This document shows, in pieces, positions 62,100 to 64,000 of a DNA stretch of 64,000 nt. Positions within the stretch are counted from its first letter, which is position 1. Each line of letters opens with the position of its first letter. Under the pieces are notes generated by a model. It did not search any database, was not told the origin of the DNA, and worked only from the letters and a program-made list of their open reading frames with translations. A program made the translations under genes and the position numbers. The stretch is from Azolla caroliniana (Eukaryota > Plantae > Polypodiophyta), in NCBI GenBank assembly GCA_043228905.1, contig JBHGNT010000011.1:6262001-6326000 (forward strand). Reading direction: 5' to 3'.

Positions 62100-64000
62100 G
62101 TGTAGTAGGTAATTAGTTACATCTTAGCTAATTAGCTAAGCCGTATAAAGTGTGGTAGCTATTTAGTTGTCATGGTTTAGTAGTGTAGTAGCTATTTAGC
62201 TACAACGTAGGTAATTGTAATTAGCTACACCGTATGTAATTAGCTAAGCGGTATAAAGTGTAGTAGCTAATTAGCTACAATGTAATGTTATACTACTTAG
62301 CTAAGCAATATCAAGAGTGGTAGCTAATTAGTTATTGCCATACTTAAGTACAATATCTAATTAGCCAAGATGTAGCTAATTAGCTACTATCATACTTAAG
62401 TAGAATAGCTAATTAGCTACTGCCAATCTATAGTCTAACAACTAATTAGCTAAGATGTAGCTAATTAGCTAAGCAATATCAAGAGTGGTAACTAATTAAC
62501 TATTGCCATAGTTAAGAAGAATAGCTAATTAGCTAAGATGTAGCTAATTAGCTACTGCCAACCTATATTATAAGAGCTAATTAGCTACTAACATACTTAT
62601 TAAGTAGAATAGCTAATTAGCTTTAAAGATATAGCTAATTAGCTACTGCCAATCTATAGTCTAACAACTTCTTAGCTAATTAGCTAAGCAATGTCAATAG
62701 TGGTTACAACTAATTAGCTACTACCATAGTCAAGAAGAATTGCTAATTAGCTAAGATGTAGCTAATTAGCTACTGCTAGCCTATAATCTAGGAGCTAATT
62801 AGCTATAATGTAGGTAATTAGCTACTACCATACTTAAGTAGAATAGCTAATAAGTTATGATGTAGCTAATTAGTTACTACTAATCTATAGTCTAGCAGCT
62901 AATTAGTTAAGGTGTAGCTAATTAGCTAAGTAGTATCAAGAGTGGTAGCTAATTAACAATTGCCTTAGTTAACAAGAATAGATAATTAGCTAAGATGTGG
63001 CTAATTAGCTACTGCCAGCCTATAGTCTAGCATCTAATTAGCTAATTAGCTACAATGTAGCTAATTAGTTAAGTGGTAACTAATTCGCTACTACCATACT
63101 GATAGGGTGTATAAGACAGATGATAGTCATACACAATATGCGGGCTTGATCAAACTGATTAGATGGAGTTGTGAATTATAATAGATTATATAGATCTAGG
63201 TAACTACGATTTAGAGAGGAAAACTCAAGAAATTAAGATAAAAGGTAGGGAAGATGAGAAAAAGATAAGAATGTTATAATATTCCACTTCAAGTCAATAC
63301 AAAGAGGATAAACTCCACAATGAACTTTAAAACCAAATACCTTCTTACTACCCATCACTCAAACCCACTACTAAGAACCATCTTCTTCCACTAAGATACC
63401 TCTTCCTAATACTCCTCTCCCTCTCTTAGGACCTCCACTTCTTCTTTTATAATTTTCTTCTTCTTCCTCGTTCACGGTATTTTTAGAAGCTTTTTATCTC
63501 CTATTTTTAGCTAAGACCCAATGACCTTCTAATCGTCATATCTCCCTCATCAGAACTCCAAATTTAGTGATTGAAAAACCATAGATAGCTCTCTTTACAA
63601 GCTTTCTAATCCATATTTAAACATAATATTTGGGTTATGACCATTCCATTTTTACTGTTTTTTATGATCCGCTTTTTCTCTTTTTACTTTTCCCTTGGTC
63701 TCTTACTTTTACTTTTGACTTCTTCCTAAGGTCTTGGTTCATGTTCTTAGCCTCCAAATGTGAATTATCCATACTTTATATTCTTCTAATGTTCAATGGC
63801 TTAGATTCTAAAAACACTTTCACACATACTTAAGTAGAATAGCTAATTAGCTAAGTGGTAGCCAATGTAACTAATTAGTTAAGTGATAACTAATTCGCTA
63901 CTACCATACTTAAGTAGAATAGCTAATTAGCTAAGTGGTAGCTAATTAACTATTGCCAATCTATAGTCTAGCAACTAATTAGTTAAGGTGTAGCTAATTA
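62100..64000. repeat. Satellite built on the palindrome TAGCTAATTAGCTA
   Basis: Dozens of exact or degenerate copies separated by short variable spacers. Confidence 0.92.
63100..63824. mobile_element. Solo LTR inserted in the satellite
   Basis: TGATAG...TTTCACA termini; perfect TSD CATAC (63095-63099, 63825-63829). Confidence 0.85.

Larger units (their letters stand above)
53721..64000 (+). mobile_element. Putative CACTA-like element hosting chromovirus A and two solo LTRs; right end beyond the window
   Basis: CACTATTATAGCTAATTAG at 53721 carries the motif arrayed at 62100-64000; degenerate spliced ORF inside; second terminus not visible. Confidence 0.4.

Noticed and set aside
62100-64000. 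CRISPR-like repeat-spacer appearance
   Set aside because: Spacers recur rather than being unique, the repeat is only 14 bp, there are no cas genes, and the context is eukaryotic.

Overview
Eukaryotic, TE-dense land-plant DNA (probably a non-seed plant such as a fern; inferred from the element types, not proven). There are two host genes: an intronless 3-ketoacyl-CoA synthase (KCS, ~23685-25226 +) and a five-exon STICHEL-like DnaX/clamp-loader AAA+ gene (41704-47104 -). The rest is nested mobile DNA: several Ty1/copia copies and solo LTRs, one near-complete chromovirus and two deleted derivatives, a young non-coding LTR element, a 5'-truncated LINE with a 16-bp TSD, a Sola/DDD-like transposase remnant, a hAT MITE and a CACTA-like element with a palindromic satellite. 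Three signals stand out, all concerning retroelement priming or regulation. (1) The LTR element at 33786-36914 has no polypurine tract; it has a tRNA 3'-end site at both internal ends, each 5 nt from its LTR, suggesting tRNA priming of both cDNA strands. (2) Three chromoviruses have 12-nt PBS sequences that are each complementary to their own predicted transcript start (self-priming), and the sequences covary. (3) The same three LTR families begin with an antisense tRNA-like A-box/B-box module. All calls were made by eye; no database searches were run.
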